A stretch of DNA of 64,000 nt from an uncultured Gemmatimonadales bacterium (GCA_963783305.1 CAWAMW010000002.1:891209-955208), one strand, 5' to 3'. Shown: positions 30,187-40,373, counted from the first letter of the stretch. Translations and numbers: made by a program. Notes: a model not told the origin generated them from the letters alone.

Positions 30187-30840
30187 ATGAGGCGGCTATT
30201 CCAGCCGGCAGTACTGGCCCTCACCGCGGTCGCGTTTGCGGCGAGCGGGGCAGAGGCCCAGCAGATCGACTTCCAGATCGACACCTACGGCTGCTTCCAC
30301 TTCGAATGTACGCCGACCACCACCAACGACGCTTTCGTCTACAACGGCGATGTGGTCGTGGAGTGGTTCGGAGTTACGGGCTTCACGACCCAGTCGACCG
30401 GCGCCTCGCCGAACACGGCCGCGTTCAACCTGGGCACATTCAACCTCAACACGCTGTCCGAGGGCTCGGTCGGCACCCCACCCGCTCTGGACTTCCGGCT
30501 CAAGACGGTTTTCACGGCGCCGAGCATTATCGGCACACCGGTGGACCAGCGCACCGCAACGTTTACCGGGTCGGTGAACACGACGACGGGGGCGATAACG
30601 TTCGCGCTGACGGATCCCACCCCCGCGGTCTTCTCGTTCACGCAGGGTCCGTGGGCGGGGACGTTCGAGTTCATGCCGGACGCCAGCTTGTTCGTGGATA
30701 ATGAGAATCTGGAGACCCTCGGTGGCCTCGCGACGGTTTCCGCGGAACGGGTCCCGGTGCCTGAGCCGGCAAGCATGCTGCTGATGGCGACAGGAATGCT
30801 GGGTGTGTTCGGAGTGGGCTATCGGCGTCGCAACGCGTAG
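30187..30840 (+). CDS. PEP-CTERM protein 1
   Basis: Signal peptide (AEA|Q), Thr-rich body, C-terminal VPEPASMLLMATGMLGVFGVGYRRRNA. Confidence 0.93.
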   Translation: MRRLFQPAVLALTAVAFAASGAEAQQIDFQIDTYGCFHFECTPTTTNDAFVYNGDVVVEWFGVTGFTTQSTGASPNTAAFNLGTFNLNTLSEGSVGTPPALDFRLKTVFTAPSIIGTPVDQRTATFTGSVNTTTGAITFALTDPTPAVFSFTQGPWAGTFEFMPDASLFVDNENLETLGGLATVSAERVPVPEPASMLLMATGMLGVFGVGYRRRNA

Positions 30841-30897
30841 CTGACAGCCGTCGCGGTCGCCCATAGCAGCGGGTAGCGGCGACCCGGCAGGCCTGCA

Positions 30898-30935
30898 AAA
30901 CCCCGCCCCGGGGGAAGCATCCCGGGGCGGGGTTT
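30898..30935. terminator. Bidirectional terminator hairpin
   Basis: AAACCCCGCCCCGGG...CCCGGGGCGGGGTTT between convergent genes. Confidence 0.75.
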
Positions 30936-30980
30936 CCTGAATGCGCACCATTGTGAGCGGGGCGTCGGATCCTCCCGCCG

Positions 30981-32381
30981 TCAGCCGCCCGCGCTGTCCG
31001 TGGCGGGCGCCGGCGTCTGCTCCGTGGTCGGCCCCCGCAGCTCCCGCAGACGCTGCTCGACCAGGACGGCGCGGTCGTCCCGGAGCGTCGATGGATAGCG
31101 CGCCCGCAGCACCTGCGAGACCGGGCCGAGTGTTACCACGGGGAGCTCGTCCCGCGCCGTCTTCGCGATGAGATCGGCGATGACCGGCTCGAGGTCGACC
31201 TCTTCGCCGGGGTTCGCCGGCCGGACGTCCAGCAGACCCAGCTGCCGGGCCGCTTCCCGCACCTGACCCCGGAGCGTTTCCACTGCGGCGGCGACGTCCT
31301 CGGCGGACGCCTCCAGCCCCTGGCGCCGCGCCGCGGCGTCCACGAGGCGCCCCCGGAGTAGCGGCTGCAGGACGCCCTGACGGATAACGGGTTCACCGGC
31401 GCCCGCGATCTGCTGGCGCACCTCCGACGGCTGACGCCTCAGGAACCGTCGGGCGTCCGCCACCGTCACCGCCCCCGACTCATAGGTCATCAGCGTATCG
31501 CTGGTCCCCTCCGGCAGGTCGGCCGCCGGGTCCAGCGCGAGCTGGCGGATCAAGGCCGTAACGTCCCCATGGATCCGGGGCGCCGCCTGCCGCTCCAGCG
31601 TCGACAGGTACTGCGCGCTCGCCTCCCTGCCCCGCTGCCGGCGCAGCCGCTCGGCGAACTGCTCGCGCGTGGGCGTTCGCCGTTCCTCGAGCCGGATCAG
31701 ATGGTGACCGTGCGCCGTCTGGACCACCTCGCTCACCTCGCCCGGCTCCAGCGACTTCGCCGCCGCCTCGAACTGCGGCAGCATGTCTCCCGGGCCCACG
31801 AACCCCAGGTCCCCTCCCTGACCGGCGGTGCGCGGGTCCTGGCTGTACTCCTGCGCCAGTTGCTCGAAATCCTCGCCCTCTTCCACGATCCGCCGCCGCA
31901 GGTCGACCAGCGTCTCACGGGCCGCTTCGTGCCGCGCCGCGGGCGCCGCCGCCGGAAGCGCGATCATGATCTGCCTGACCCGCATCTCGGAGCCCTCGGC
32001 CTCCTCGTCGTAGCGGCGGCTCAGCTCCCCGGCCGGCACGGTCGCACCCGCACGGGCCACGGAGTCCATGACCGCCGCGAAGACCGCCTCTTCCACCTGT
32101 TGCTCGACCACTGGCTGGAGGTCGAGTTGGGCGAACGTGCTGTCCTCCGCGCCGGCGGTGGCCAGCAGCACGTAGTCGATCCACAGATTGGCGAGAGCGA
32201 TCGCCGCCCGGGCGGGCGCCCGGATCTCGTCCACCGCCGCCAGCATCTGCGCTTCCTCCTCGACCATGAGCTGGTGCCCCCCGGCCTCCGCGATGAAGGT
32301 GGTGTCGGGGTCCATACCGCCGCAGCCGGTGGTGAGCATCACCAGCGTCGACACGAGTAAGCAGCGAACCATGGTCATCAT
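30981..32381 (-). CDS. Parvulin-type peptidyl-prolyl isomerase lipoprotein (paralog 2)
   Basis: Lipobox LTTG|C, FEQLAQEYSQDPRTAGQGGDLG rotamase domain; collinear with paralog 1. Confidence 0.85.
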   Translation of the reverse strand: MMTMVRCLLVSTLVMLTTGCGGMDPDTTFIAEAGGHQLMVEEEAQMLAAVDEIRAPARAAIALANLWIDYVLLATAGAEDSTFAQLDLQPVVEQQVEEAVFAAVMDSVARAGATVPAGELSRRYDEEAEGSEMRVRQIMIALPAAAPAARHEAARETLVDLRRRIVEEGEDFEQLAQEYSQDPRTAGQGGDLGFVGPGDMLPQFEAAAKSLEPGEVSEVVQTAHGHHLIRLEERRTPTREQFAERLRRQRGREASAQYLSTLERQAAPRIHGDVTALIRQLALDPAADLPEGTSDTLMTYESGAVTVADARRFLRRQPSEVRQQIAGAGEPVIRQGVLQPLLRGRLVDAAARRQGLEASAEDVAAAVETLRGQVREAARQLGLLDVRPANPGEEVDLEPVIADLIAKTARDELPVVTLGPVSQVLRARYPSTLRDDRAVLVEQRLRELRGPTTEQTPAPATDSAGG

Positions 32382-32739
32382 CGACTCCTGCGCAGGAACT
32401 GTAGGGAGGGTCAGGGGAATCGGAGGGAAGCTCCTCCGAACCGAAGATGAGGCCAAGCCCCGGCCCGGGCAACGCCCGGATTCGAGCTGGTGCGGCCATG
32501 CAGACAGGTGTTGCGTGGGTGCGGCACTTCCACGGCTCCGGGAGAAGACGGCGTCAACGCACCAAAGGTCGTCAAAAAACCCTGCAACGGGGGGACGCTG
32601 ACCGGATCCTGCTTCATTCCGCGCGCGCCGGTCTCTGCCTTGCAATTCCTTCGTCCGACGGATGCTCCGGCTCATCCTGCTGCGACCAGGCTCGCGGAGG
32701 CAGCCGGGATCCACCCCCCCAGGTAAGGAGACCCACCCA

Positions 32740-33528
32740 ATGGTAAAGTCCCTGTATCTCACCGCACTCGCTGTGGCCATGCTGGGCCTGGCGGCGAGCG
32801 GTGCCGAAGCTCAGGTGTGCATAGGCAATTGCGGAATTCTAGGAGCGGACGGGGTCGTCACGGCTCCCCCGAATGGTGAGCTTCAGTACCGGTGGGTGAG
32901 CACCGACGGAGGGGTGGAAGGTGTAAATCTGGGCGACGTCGGGTATCCGACGGGTTCGGAGCCCGATGGGCCTCAGGACGGGTCCAGCTTCACGAGCTCC
33001 ATGTTCGCCGCGAGTGACGGTGACGCCCTGGAGTTCTACTTCAACTACGTCACGTCGGATGGCGCCGGGTACGCCGACTATGCCTGGGCACGGCTCCTGA
33101 ACGCGGACATGTCGGAGGCCGCGCTCCTGTTCACGGCCCGTACGACCGATGGCGGAAGCATGGTACCCGGTGAGGCGATGCCCACGCCGGCGGCTACGCT
33201 CACCCCCGCATCGGCAACGGTGAACCTTGGCACCACCTGGTCACCTCTCGGAGGCAACAGCGGCGAATGCTACGACGTTGGCTGTGGCCATTCCGGCTGG
33301 ATCTTCTCGGAGTTCACGATTGCCGCGGCGGGGAACTACTTCCTCGAGTTCGGCGTGACGAACTGGGATGACCAGGCCTTCGACTCCGGCCTGGCGTGGT
33401 CGGGCACCACGATCGGATCGATCCCGATCGATCCCATCGCGGTTCCGGAGCCCGCCTCCATGCTGCTCCTGGCCAGCGGCCTGCTGGGCCTGGGGTTCGT
33501 GGCTCGTCGCCGTCGTGAAGACGCGTGA
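32740..33528 (+). CDS. PEP-CTERM protein 2
   Basis: AAGGAG RBS, signal peptide, Cys pairs, C-terminal VPEPASMLLLASGLLGLGFVARRRREDA. Confidence 0.93.
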   Translation: MVKSLYLTALAVAMLGLAASGAEAQVCIGNCGILGADGVVTAPPNGELQYRWVSTDGGVEGVNLGDVGYPTGSEPDGPQDGSSFTSSMFAASDGDALEFYFNYVTSDGAGYADYAWARLLNADMSEAALLFTARTTDGGSMVPGEAMPTPAATLTPASATVNLGTTWSPLGGNSGECYDVGCGHSGWIFSEFTIAAAGNYFLEFGVTNWDDQAFDSGLAWSGTTIGSIPIDPIAVPEPASMLLLASGLLGLGFVARRRREDA

Positions 33529-33579
33529 TGTAGAGCCCGTCGACTGAGGGTCACGGCTGTCGCGTGACCTGGCTGCGAG

Positions 33580-33616
33580 AGAGAGCCGCCGCTCCTGAAC
33601 GGAGCGGCGGCTCTCT
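33580..33616. terminator. Hairpin downstream of PEP-CTERM 2
   Basis: AGAGAGCCGCCGCTCC-tgaac-GGAGCGGCGGCTCTCT, perfect 16-bp stem. Confidence 0.65.
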
Positions 33617-33666
33617 GCCTGGAGGGGTGCGTCGCGAGCGGGCTCGGAGCCCGCTCTCCGTCGCCG

Positions 33667-33705
33667 TGTGGCGGCCGCGCAACACGAAGCGGCTTCGGCT
33701 CCACG
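33667..33705. promoter_or_regulatory. Tandem palindromic activator-like sites
   Basis: TGTGG-CGGCCGCG-CAACA and, 21 bp later, AGCGG-N8-CCACG. Confidence 0.5.
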
Positions 33706-33832
33706 ACCGGCCCGACCACGGTAGTAGACCGCTCCTCGTGGCGTGCTCCGAGATGCGCTGTGCCGCAATGCTTCCCGCCGTTGGGAGCCTCGCGCAATCG
33801 CCGCGGCATGAGGCTGGCAACCAGTGTCGTGC

Positions 33833-34732
33833 ATGACCGGTATCACCATCCGAACCGTCCTGCTCAGCGCGCTGTCGCTCGCCGCTCTCGCCGCGCCATC
33901 GGCCGCACAGACCTCGTGCGCCTCCATGGCGGAGTGTCCCGGGCTGGTCTCGCCGGAAACGCGCATCACCGGCGAGCTCAGCACCGCCGGGGTCAACGCG
34001 CTCCTGGGCGGCATGACGGCCGCCGGGCTGAGGATGCTCCGGGGCGAGTCGGCCCGCGACAGCTGGAGCGCCTTCTGGACGGGAGCCCTCGGCGGCGGCC
34101 TGACCTACGCCGGCAAGCGGGTGGCGGTGGAGCGCTTCGACGGTGCGGGATTCCTCGGCCGCGAGATCGCCAGCGTGGGCGGCTCCGTGGTGCGGAACGC
34201 GGCGGCGGGCCGGGGTCCGCTGGACGAGCTGGTCCTGCCGGTAGGCCCTGTCCGGCTCTACGTGGCGGGCGGCGCGGTGAGGGCGCGGGTGGACGTGGCG
34301 ACGCTGGTGGTTTCCGGGATCTTCATGGCCACCTACGACGCCCGTTTCGACCCCGGCGCGTCCCTCTCCGCGGGGTCCCTCGTCTTCCGGGGTGCGGCCC
34401 CCATGCCCGCCCTCAGCAGCGCCGGCGCGACGGTGGTCTGGTCGGAGATGCCCTCCTCGGAGGGGCCCCGTCTCATGGCTCATGAGCGGGTCCACACACT
34501 CCAGTACGACCAGGCCTTCCTGTCCTGGGGCGAGGAGATGGAGCGGTGGGCGGGGCGCCAGGTGCCCGGGATGGATGGCGCGTTCCGGCACTTCGACCTG
34601 GGCGCCTCGGCTCTGGGGCTCCGCACCGGACTGGCGCTCGCCCTCGGCTACCACGACCGGCCCTGGGAGCGGGAGGCGTACTTCCTGGCGCAGCGCGTTT
34701 ATCCGGTGGAATCCAGCGGCGCCGGCCACTGA
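33833..34732 (+). CDS. Secreted/membrane hypothetical protein with HExxH motif
   Basis: Signal peptide, Gly/Ala-rich hydrophobic segments, LMAHERVHTLQY and PWEREAY. Confidence 0.7.
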   Translation: MTGITIRTVLLSALSLAALAAPSAAQTSCASMAECPGLVSPETRITGELSTAGVNALLGGMTAAGLRMLRGESARDSWSAFWTGALGGGLTYAGKRVAVERFDGAGFLGREIASVGGSVVRNAAAGRGPLDELVLPVGPVRLYVAGGAVRARVDVATLVVSGIFMATYDARFDPGASLSAGSLVFRGAAPMPALSSAGATVVWSEMPSSEGPRLMAHERVHTLQYDQAFLSWGEEMERWAGRQVPGMDGAFRHFDLGASALGLRTGLALALGYHDRPWEREAYFLAQRVYPVESSGAGH

Positions 34733-34865
34733 GCCGGTTCGCCCCACAGCTCGCCCCACAGCTGAAACAGAACCGGCCCGCAGCGCTTGAGACGCTGCGG
34801 GCCGGTTCTTCTGGTCTACTCGAGTCGTTCGATGGCTACGTCGAGCTGGCCGAAGCCGCTGTCTG

Positions 34866-35627
34866 TCAGCTCTGCTCGTAATCCCGCCGACGGCGCGTCA
34901 CGAGCCCGATGCCCAGAAGCCCCGTGCCGAGCAGCAGCATGCTCGCCGGCTCCGGAACCTGCGGAACCACCTGCTCCACGCTTCCGATGGTCATGTCATC
35001 GAAGGCGAACACGTCGTTGGACGGACCTTCCGTCAGGTTGAAGGCCACGCTCGTGAACGGGTTCGCGGTGTTGATGTACCCGAAGAAGAACGCGTTTCCG
35101 CCCGTGGATCCACCGCTTCCGACCTCGTGCGGCACGTCCACGATCACGGACCCGCCAGCGGTCAGGAAGCTGAGCGCGAGCTGACCTCCGAAGTCCCCGA
35201 TATCAACACCGTAGAAGCCGAAGGCGGCTATTTCCTCGGTAAAATCGATGGAAAAGCCACCCGCCGCGTTGGCTTCCCAGAACTGGGTCCCGGAGATCGG
35301 GTAGCGGCCGACACCGTTCGTGCCGGCACCCTGGCTCTCAATGTTGCCGGTGCCCTGGAGCGTAGCGGTTCCGGCGCCGGGGAACGTGAGGCCGAGGGGT
35401 GTGCCGGTCCCCGTCGCGAAGCTTTCGAAGTCCTCCGTCCCGACACCCACCAGCGATGCCAGGAAAGAGCTCTCCGCCGCGGCCGAATTCACGAGCGTCG
35501 ACCTCGTTACTTCGCTGCCATCGGTGTCCTCGCCGAAGAACGTGGTCTGAGCGTCGAGGGCGCTGGCACTGAATGCCAGCAGTAGTCCCAGTGAGAGTGG
35601 TTTCAGGAGTCGAATGGTCGTCTTCAA
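34866..35627 (-). CDS. PEP-CTERM protein 3
   Basis: TTG start after GGAGGG, signal peptide, C-terminal VPEPASMLLLGTGLLGIGLVTRRRR; paralog of PEP-CTERM 4. Confidence 0.92.
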   Translation of the reverse strand: MKTTIRLLKPLSLGLLLAFSASALDAQTTFFGEDTDGSEVTRSTLVNSAAAESSFLASLVGVGTEDFESFATGTGTPLGLTFPGAGTATLQGTGNIESQGAGTNGVGRYPISGTQFWEANAAGGFSIDFTEEIAAFGFYGVDIGDFGGQLALSFLTAGGSVIVDVPHEVGSGGSTGGNAFFFGYINTANPFTSVAFNLTEGPSNDVFAFDDMTIGSVEQVVPQVPEPASMLLLGTGLLGIGLVTRRRRDYEQS

Positions 35628-35835
35628 GTTGCCCTCCGGATGCGGGGAATCGCTGATACCGTGTGCAAGTGCGGAGCTCGCACGCACCGGTTCACCCACT
35701 ACTCAATGGATGTTCTGTGCCGGAGCAGGCCTCGCCTACAACGGCCCTCGGCATCCGTCCCGGCTCTCCCCCCGACGACGGCTGTGGGGCGCCCGAAACC
35801 CCCCGGGCTCATCCCCCGCCCCGCCTCTTCCCCGT

Positions 35836-35874
35836 TGGTGCGGGAAATCCACACCCCGTTGCCTGCGTGCAACG
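35836..35874. promoter_or_regulatory. Tandem palindromic activator-like sites
   Basis: TGGTG-N8-CCACA and, 21 bp later, CGTTG-CCTGCGTG-CAACG. Confidence 0.55.
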
Positions 35875-36042
35875 GTCCTTTCCGAAGGGGTCGCGTGTCG
35901 TCAACCTTCAACCGGGGCAGGGCGGCGGGCGAACAACCCTTGCATGGCGCTCTCCTCGTCTCCGTCCACCACGGGGCCCCGAAGCGGTGGGCCTGGTGTC
36001 CGGCGAAATCGTGTCGGGGTAGCCCATTGCTGAGGAGCGTCC

Positions 36043-36720
36043 GTGGATCGTGACTGGAGCGGCGCCGCCTGGCCGAGGATCCTGCCGTTCGCCGTGTTCC
36101 TGGTGCTCCTCGGCCTCGAGCCGTACCTGGCGGATCTCGCCGATCCCGTCCTGGACCCCCGCTGGCTCTACGCCATCCGCTCGGCGGTCACCGCGGCGGT
36201 CCTGGTCGCGCTGTGGCGATACTACGCCGAGCTGCGGCGACCGGAGCGGCCGCCACCGGGCGCGTGGATCGTGGCGGCGGCGGTCGGCGTGGGGGTCTTC
36301 GTCCTCTGGATTCTCCTGGACTTCCCACCCCTGGTGACAGGAGCGGCGGAGGACCCGTTCGATCCGCGGGTGAACGGGGCGTTGCACCCCGGGCTCGCCC
36401 TCACGCGCCTGGCGGGCGCCGCGCTCGTGGTGCCGATCATGGAGGAGCTGTTCTGGCGCTCGTTCCTCATGCGCTGGCTCGAGGAGCCGCGCTTCCAGCG
36501 GGTGGATCCCGGCGGAGTGGGCTGGAAGCCGCTGGTCCTGACGTCCGTGGTGTTCGCGCTGGAGCACCGGCTCTGGTTCGCGGGACTGCTGGCGGGACTG
36601 GCGTACGGGGAGCTCTACCGCAGGACCCGCAGCCTATGGGTGGTCATCCTGGCGCACGCCATCACCAACGCCCTGCTCGGGCTGTACGTCCTCCGGACCG
36701 GGAGCTGGAGCTTCTGGTGA
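36043..36720 (+). CDS. CAAX prenyl protease-related (Rce1/Abi) membrane protein, exosortase-associated type
   Basis: VPIMEELFWR (EExxxR), FALEH, AHAITN motifs; multi-TM; next to the exosortase. Confidence 0.9.
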   Translation: MDRDWSGAAWPRILPFAVFLVLLGLEPYLADLADPVLDPRWLYAIRSAVTAAVLVALWRYYAELRRPERPPPGAWIVAAAVGVGVFVLWILLDFPPLVTGAAEDPFDPRVNGALHPGLALTRLAGAALVVPIMEELFWRSFLMRWLEEPRFQRVDPGGVGWKPLVLTSVVFALEHRLWFAGLLAGLAYGELYRRTRSLWVVILAHAITNALLGLYVLRTGSWSFW

Positions 36721-38409
36721 GGTGACCGGCACCGTCAGCGCTCCATCCTCGCTCGCAGCCGTGGCACGGCTGGCGGCCGGGGCCGCAGCGGTGTCCGGGC
36801 TCGGAGCGGTGTCCGCCGCGAGCGGCGTTCCCATGAAGTCGGTGAGGGCGTTGAACGCGCTGGCGCAGTCTTCAGGGCCGCACGGGGCGCTGAAGGCGAT
36901 CATCTCCGAGACCTGGTGCCGGGTCAGGAAGGCGGGGATCTCCAGGACCTTCGCGTGCATGGGCATGAACGTGCTCACGCCGCCCACGCGGAACCAGTAC
37001 CAGGTCATGACGACCCCCTCGGGGGTCCGCACCACCGCCTGTCGCACTCGCCGCCGGCCGCCGGGGTCCACGGGGCCCACGACGCGCTCGTCGATGACCT
37101 TGGTGACGTATACGATCTGGTTCGGCCAGCCGATGAGCTTGGCGTTCTGCTTCTGCTCCAGGTAGACGAACCGGTCGCCGCGCACCTGCGACGTGCCGTT
37201 GGTGAAGACCAGGCTCTCGTGCTGTTGCGCCCCCTGATACTCCGGATGCCATTGCAGCCCTCCCTCCACGGCTCCCGGCTCCGCGGCGCTCCACCCGGGC
37301 CCGCCGCCCACGCTCCGCAGGCCGGGTGTGTCGATGTCACCCCTGGGAAAAGCCGCAAGGACGAAGAACAGGACGGGGCCGATGAGCGCGGCGGCGCTCG
37401 CCGCGCCCGACCGGTACGCCTGATGCCACGGCTCGGTCTCGGGCTCCGCAGCCCGCGGCTCGGGCGCGGCCTCGTCGGGGGACTGCCGTCCCCACGACGT
37501 GCCCTGCGTCTTCCGGTTGGCCCACCGCTCGAGCCGGGGCGAGAAGGTAAAGAACAGCATGAGGGCCGCGGCGAAGACCACCCAGCCGAACTCCACGTGG
37601 TTCGCAATCAGCCATGCCTGCATCTCCGACAGGTGCCCGACCACGACGATCACGGCCACCCGGAGCCAGTTGCCGAAGAGCGCCACCGCCGCCGCCAGAG
37701 CCACGGTCAGGACTCGCGCGAGCCGCCCCCGCACCAGCACCTGGGCGTAGACCAGCCCGATGACCAGCGCGGAGAGCAGGTAGTTGAGCCCGGCGCAGCC
37801 ATCGGCGATCTCGAAGGACCCGGAGGGCAGGTGGATCATGTCGCCGTCGATCTGCGCCGGGACGCGCACCAGGGCCACCATGGCGCCGCTCATGAGCGTG
37901 GTCACGCGCCGCAGGGGTGAGAGCAGCGCGTCCCAGAGCGGCATGCTCAGGAGGACCACGGCCGCGCTCACGATCACCGTCCGCGCGCTCCGCCGCCCGA
38001 ACACGAAGAGGGCCCACCCCACCACCATCAGCACGAAGGCGGCCTGGGAGAAGAGCATGATGTGCATGATGGTGGACGCCAGCCAGAAGAAGGACAGCGC
38101 CACCATGGGGATCAGGAGCGACGGGTCGCCGCCGCGGGGGTTCCGGAAGCTGTCGCGATCGCTCCACACCAGCCACGCCACGAGGAACGGCGCCAGCAAG
38201 CCGTGGGCGTAGTCGTACCTCCCCCACGTAACGGTGAAGCTCCAGAGGGTGGGCCAGAAGAGGGCCAGCGAGACGAGCGCGATGCCGATCATGACGAGAC
38301 GGCTCGCGTCCCGGGCCCGGCGTCGGGGTAGAGAAGCTGTGGTCATCGGGGCATCCGTAGGGGCGCGGCTCCAGGGTCTCCGGACCGGCGCGGTGGCGAC
38401 CGCGGCCAC
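36634..38409 (-). CDS. Exosortase (EpsH-like) with C-terminal EpsI-like domain
   Basis: Multi-TM protein with YAHG, IADGCAGLNYL (Cys), NWLRV (Arg), NHVEFGW (His) triad and a soluble C-terminal domain with WYWFRVGG; start may be 38346. Confidence 0.9.
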   Translation of the reverse strand: MAAVATAPVRRPWSRAPTDAPMTTASLPRRRARDASRLVMIGIALVSLALFWPTLWSFTVTWGRYDYAHGLLAPFLVAWLVWSDRDSFRNPRGGDPSLLIPMVALSFFWLASTIMHIMLFSQAAFVLMVVGWALFVFGRRSARTVIVSAAVVLLSMPLWDALLSPLRRVTTLMSGAMVALVRVPAQIDGDMIHLPSGSFEIADGCAGLNYLLSALVIGLVYAQVLVRGRLARVLTVALAAAVALFGNWLRVAVIVVVGHLSEMQAWLIANHVEFGWVVFAAALMLFFTFSPRLERWANRKTQGTSWGRQSPDEAAPEPRAAEPETEPWHQAYRSGAASAAALIGPVLFFVLAAFPRGDIDTPGLRSVGGGPGWSAAEPGAVEGGLQWHPEYQGAQQHESLVFTNGTSQVRGDRFVYLEQKQNAKLIGWPNQIVYVTKVIDERVVGPVDPGGRRRVRQAVVRTPEGVVMTWYWFRVGGVSTFMPMHAKVLEIPAFLTRHQVSEMIAFSAPCGPEDCASAFNALTDFMGTPLAADTAPSPDTAAAPAASRATAASEDGALTVPVTSPEAPAPGPEDVQPEQGVGDGVRQDDHP

Positions 38410-38476
38410 CTCCGTCCGGGGGATGGAATGAAACGGCGCCCGTGCTGAAACGCAACGGGGGCGATGGCCGCCGGCG

Positions 38477-39496
38477 TCAGCGCCACAGCCGCCGCTTCAG
38501 CGCGTGGGCGGCGCGCAGCACGGGCCGGGGCAGGAACGAGGCCGCCCACACCGCGAGCGATCGCGGCGTTCTCCGCGCGCCCCATCGAGCCGCCTCCCGC
38601 AACGTCCCCCGGGCGGCCGTCCGCTCCAGCACTGAGAGCTGCCAGTACGCCAGCCTGAGCAGCAGCGACCGTCGGCCCGCGCGGTACGCGTGGCGCGCCT
38701 CGGGGCTCAGCGCCCCGGGCTCCTTCGCCGCGCGGTCGAGACTCCACAGCGCGTTGCGGATCGACTCCTCCACGTTCGAGGAGACCAGGGACACGGGGTG
38801 GCCCGTCCGCCACCGCAGCAGGGCCGACATCACGATCACCAGGGGCGCGCGGGCAGCCAGGCGGTGGAAGAATTCCGTGTCCTCGGCCACCCGCAGCCCC
38901 TCGTCGAAGCCGCCCACCTCCAGGAAGAGATCCCGCCGCACCATGGCCGTGGCCGGGCTGGCGAAATTGCCGAAGAAGAAGGCGGTATGGGCGTCGCCAT
39001 GATAGAGCGTGTGCGCTCGCCCCGCGGCCCGCACTTCGCCGCTCTCGAAGTGCCGGTCGAAGAACTCGCCGGGGCTCGTGCGGGTGTCGCCGAACAGGGG
39101 GAACGCGCGGGCGAACCCCTGCTGCGCCGTCAGCGGCCTCCCCTCCAGGTCGACGAACTCGAAGCCCGTGATCGACGTCCGGGCGCCCGTGGCGGCCAGC
39201 GCCGCCAGCTGCACCTCCAGCTTGTCCGGCGTCCACAGGTCGTCGGAGTCCAGGAACGCCAGCCACTCGCCCCGCGCCTCCGCGGCCCCCCGGTTCCGTG
39301 CGGATCCCACCCCCGCGTTGTCCTGCCGGATATACCGCACGGGGTCGGCGAAGCCAGCGCACACCGCCGCGGTATCGTCGGTGGAGCCATCATCGATGAT
39401 CAGGATCTCCAGTGCGGGCAGCGTCTGCGCCAGCACGGAGGCCACCGTCGCCGGCAGCCAGCGGCCGCGGTTGTAGGTGGGGATGATCACGCTCAC
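38477..39496 (-). CDS. Glycosyltransferase family 2
   Basis: VSVIIPTYNR, IIDDGSTD, AFLDSDDLW; start uncertain (39496 GTG or 39538 ATG). Confidence 0.9.
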   Translation of the reverse strand: MSVIIPTYNRGRWLPATVASVLAQTLPALEILIIDDGSTDDTAAVCAGFADPVRYIRQDNAGVGSARNRGAAEARGEWLAFLDSDDLWTPDKLEVQLAALAATGARTSITGFEFVDLEGRPLTAQQGFARAFPLFGDTRTSPGEFFDRHFESGEVRAAGRAHTLYHGDAHTAFFFGNFASPATAMVRRDLFLEVGGFDEGLRVAEDTEFFHRLAARAPLVIVMSALLRWRTGHPVSLVSSNVEESIRNALWSLDRAAKEPGALSPEARHAYRAGRRSLLLRLAYWQLSVLERTAARGTLREAARWGARRTPRSLAVWAASFLPRPVLRAAHALKRRLWR

Positions 39497-39536
39497 CGCT
39501 GGCGCTCCGCTGGCCGACCCTCCAGAATTCCCGACC

Positions 39537-40295
39537 ATGGCTCTATCCGGCATAGCGAAGGGCATCAAGGCGCTGGCGCGGCCCGTGGTCGGCACCGTCA
39601 CCCACGTCTCCACCCGAGAGCGCATCGCCGCGCTCACCTTCGACGACGGCCCCCACCCCGAGCACACGCCCCGGCTCCTGGAGGTGCTGGAGCGCCATGG
39701 CGCCCGCGCCACATTCTTCATGGTGGGGGTCCAGGCACAGCGCCACCCGGCTCTCGTGGAGCGGATAGCGGCGGCGGGTCATGCCATCGGGAACCACAGC
39801 TGGGACCATCCCTCCTTCGCTTTCATCTCGAGCCGCGAGCGCTGGCAGCAGCTCCGCGCGTGCGCCCGCGCCACCGCTCCCCACGGCCTCCGCATGTTCC
39901 GCGCTCCCGGGGGCCACCAGACCCCTCGCTCGGTCCTGGACGTCCGCGCCCTCGGCTTCCAGGTGATCGGCTGGAGCGTCGATCCGCTGGACTACTCCCG
40001 GCGCTCCGCCGCGGAGATCGCGGAGCACGTGGGCCGGACGCTGCGGCCGGGCAGCATCGTGGTCCTCCACGACGCCATCGACCGCCACCCCGCCCGCGAC
40101 CGGAGCGCCACCATCGAGGCGGTCGACCGGATCCTGGCGAGCGCCGGAGAACGCTACGAGTTCGTGACCCTCCCCGAGCTCTTCCGCCGCGGTCGGCGCC
40201 GCAGGATCAACTGGTTCTGGCATCCCGACACCGATCCGTTCAGCGGACCCGCCCGGTCCGGCCGGAACGACCGGGAGCGGCAGCGACCGGAGTGA
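39537..40295 (+). CDS. Polysaccharide deacetylase (NodB homology)
   Basis: ALTFDDGP, ATFF, GNHSWDH, FRAP, IVVLHD. Confidence 0.9.
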   Translation: MALSGIAKGIKALARPVVGTVTHVSTRERIAALTFDDGPHPEHTPRLLEVLERHGARATFFMVGVQAQRHPALVERIAAAGHAIGNHSWDHPSFAFISSRERWQQLRACARATAPHGLRMFRAPGGHQTPRSVLDVRALGFQVIGWSVDPLDYSRRSAAEIAEHVGRTLRPGSIVVLHDAIDRHPARDRSATIEAVDRILASAGERYEFVTLPELFRRGRRRRINWFWHPDTDPFSGPARSGRNDRERQRPE

Positions 40296-40373
40296 TCGCC
40301 CGCGAACGTTAGGAACCGCCGTACCACAGCGCAACCGTTGCGCTCCCCCCTGCCGGCTCCGTCCGACGGCGCT

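Noticed and set aside
34741..34763. Direct repeat GCCCCACAGCT x2
   Set aside because: Short local duplication between convergent genes; no other copies seen
36634..36720. 87-bp convergent overlap of the exosortase and CAAX protease 3' ends
   Set aside because: The exosortase tail is low-complexity and probably reflects stop-codon drift
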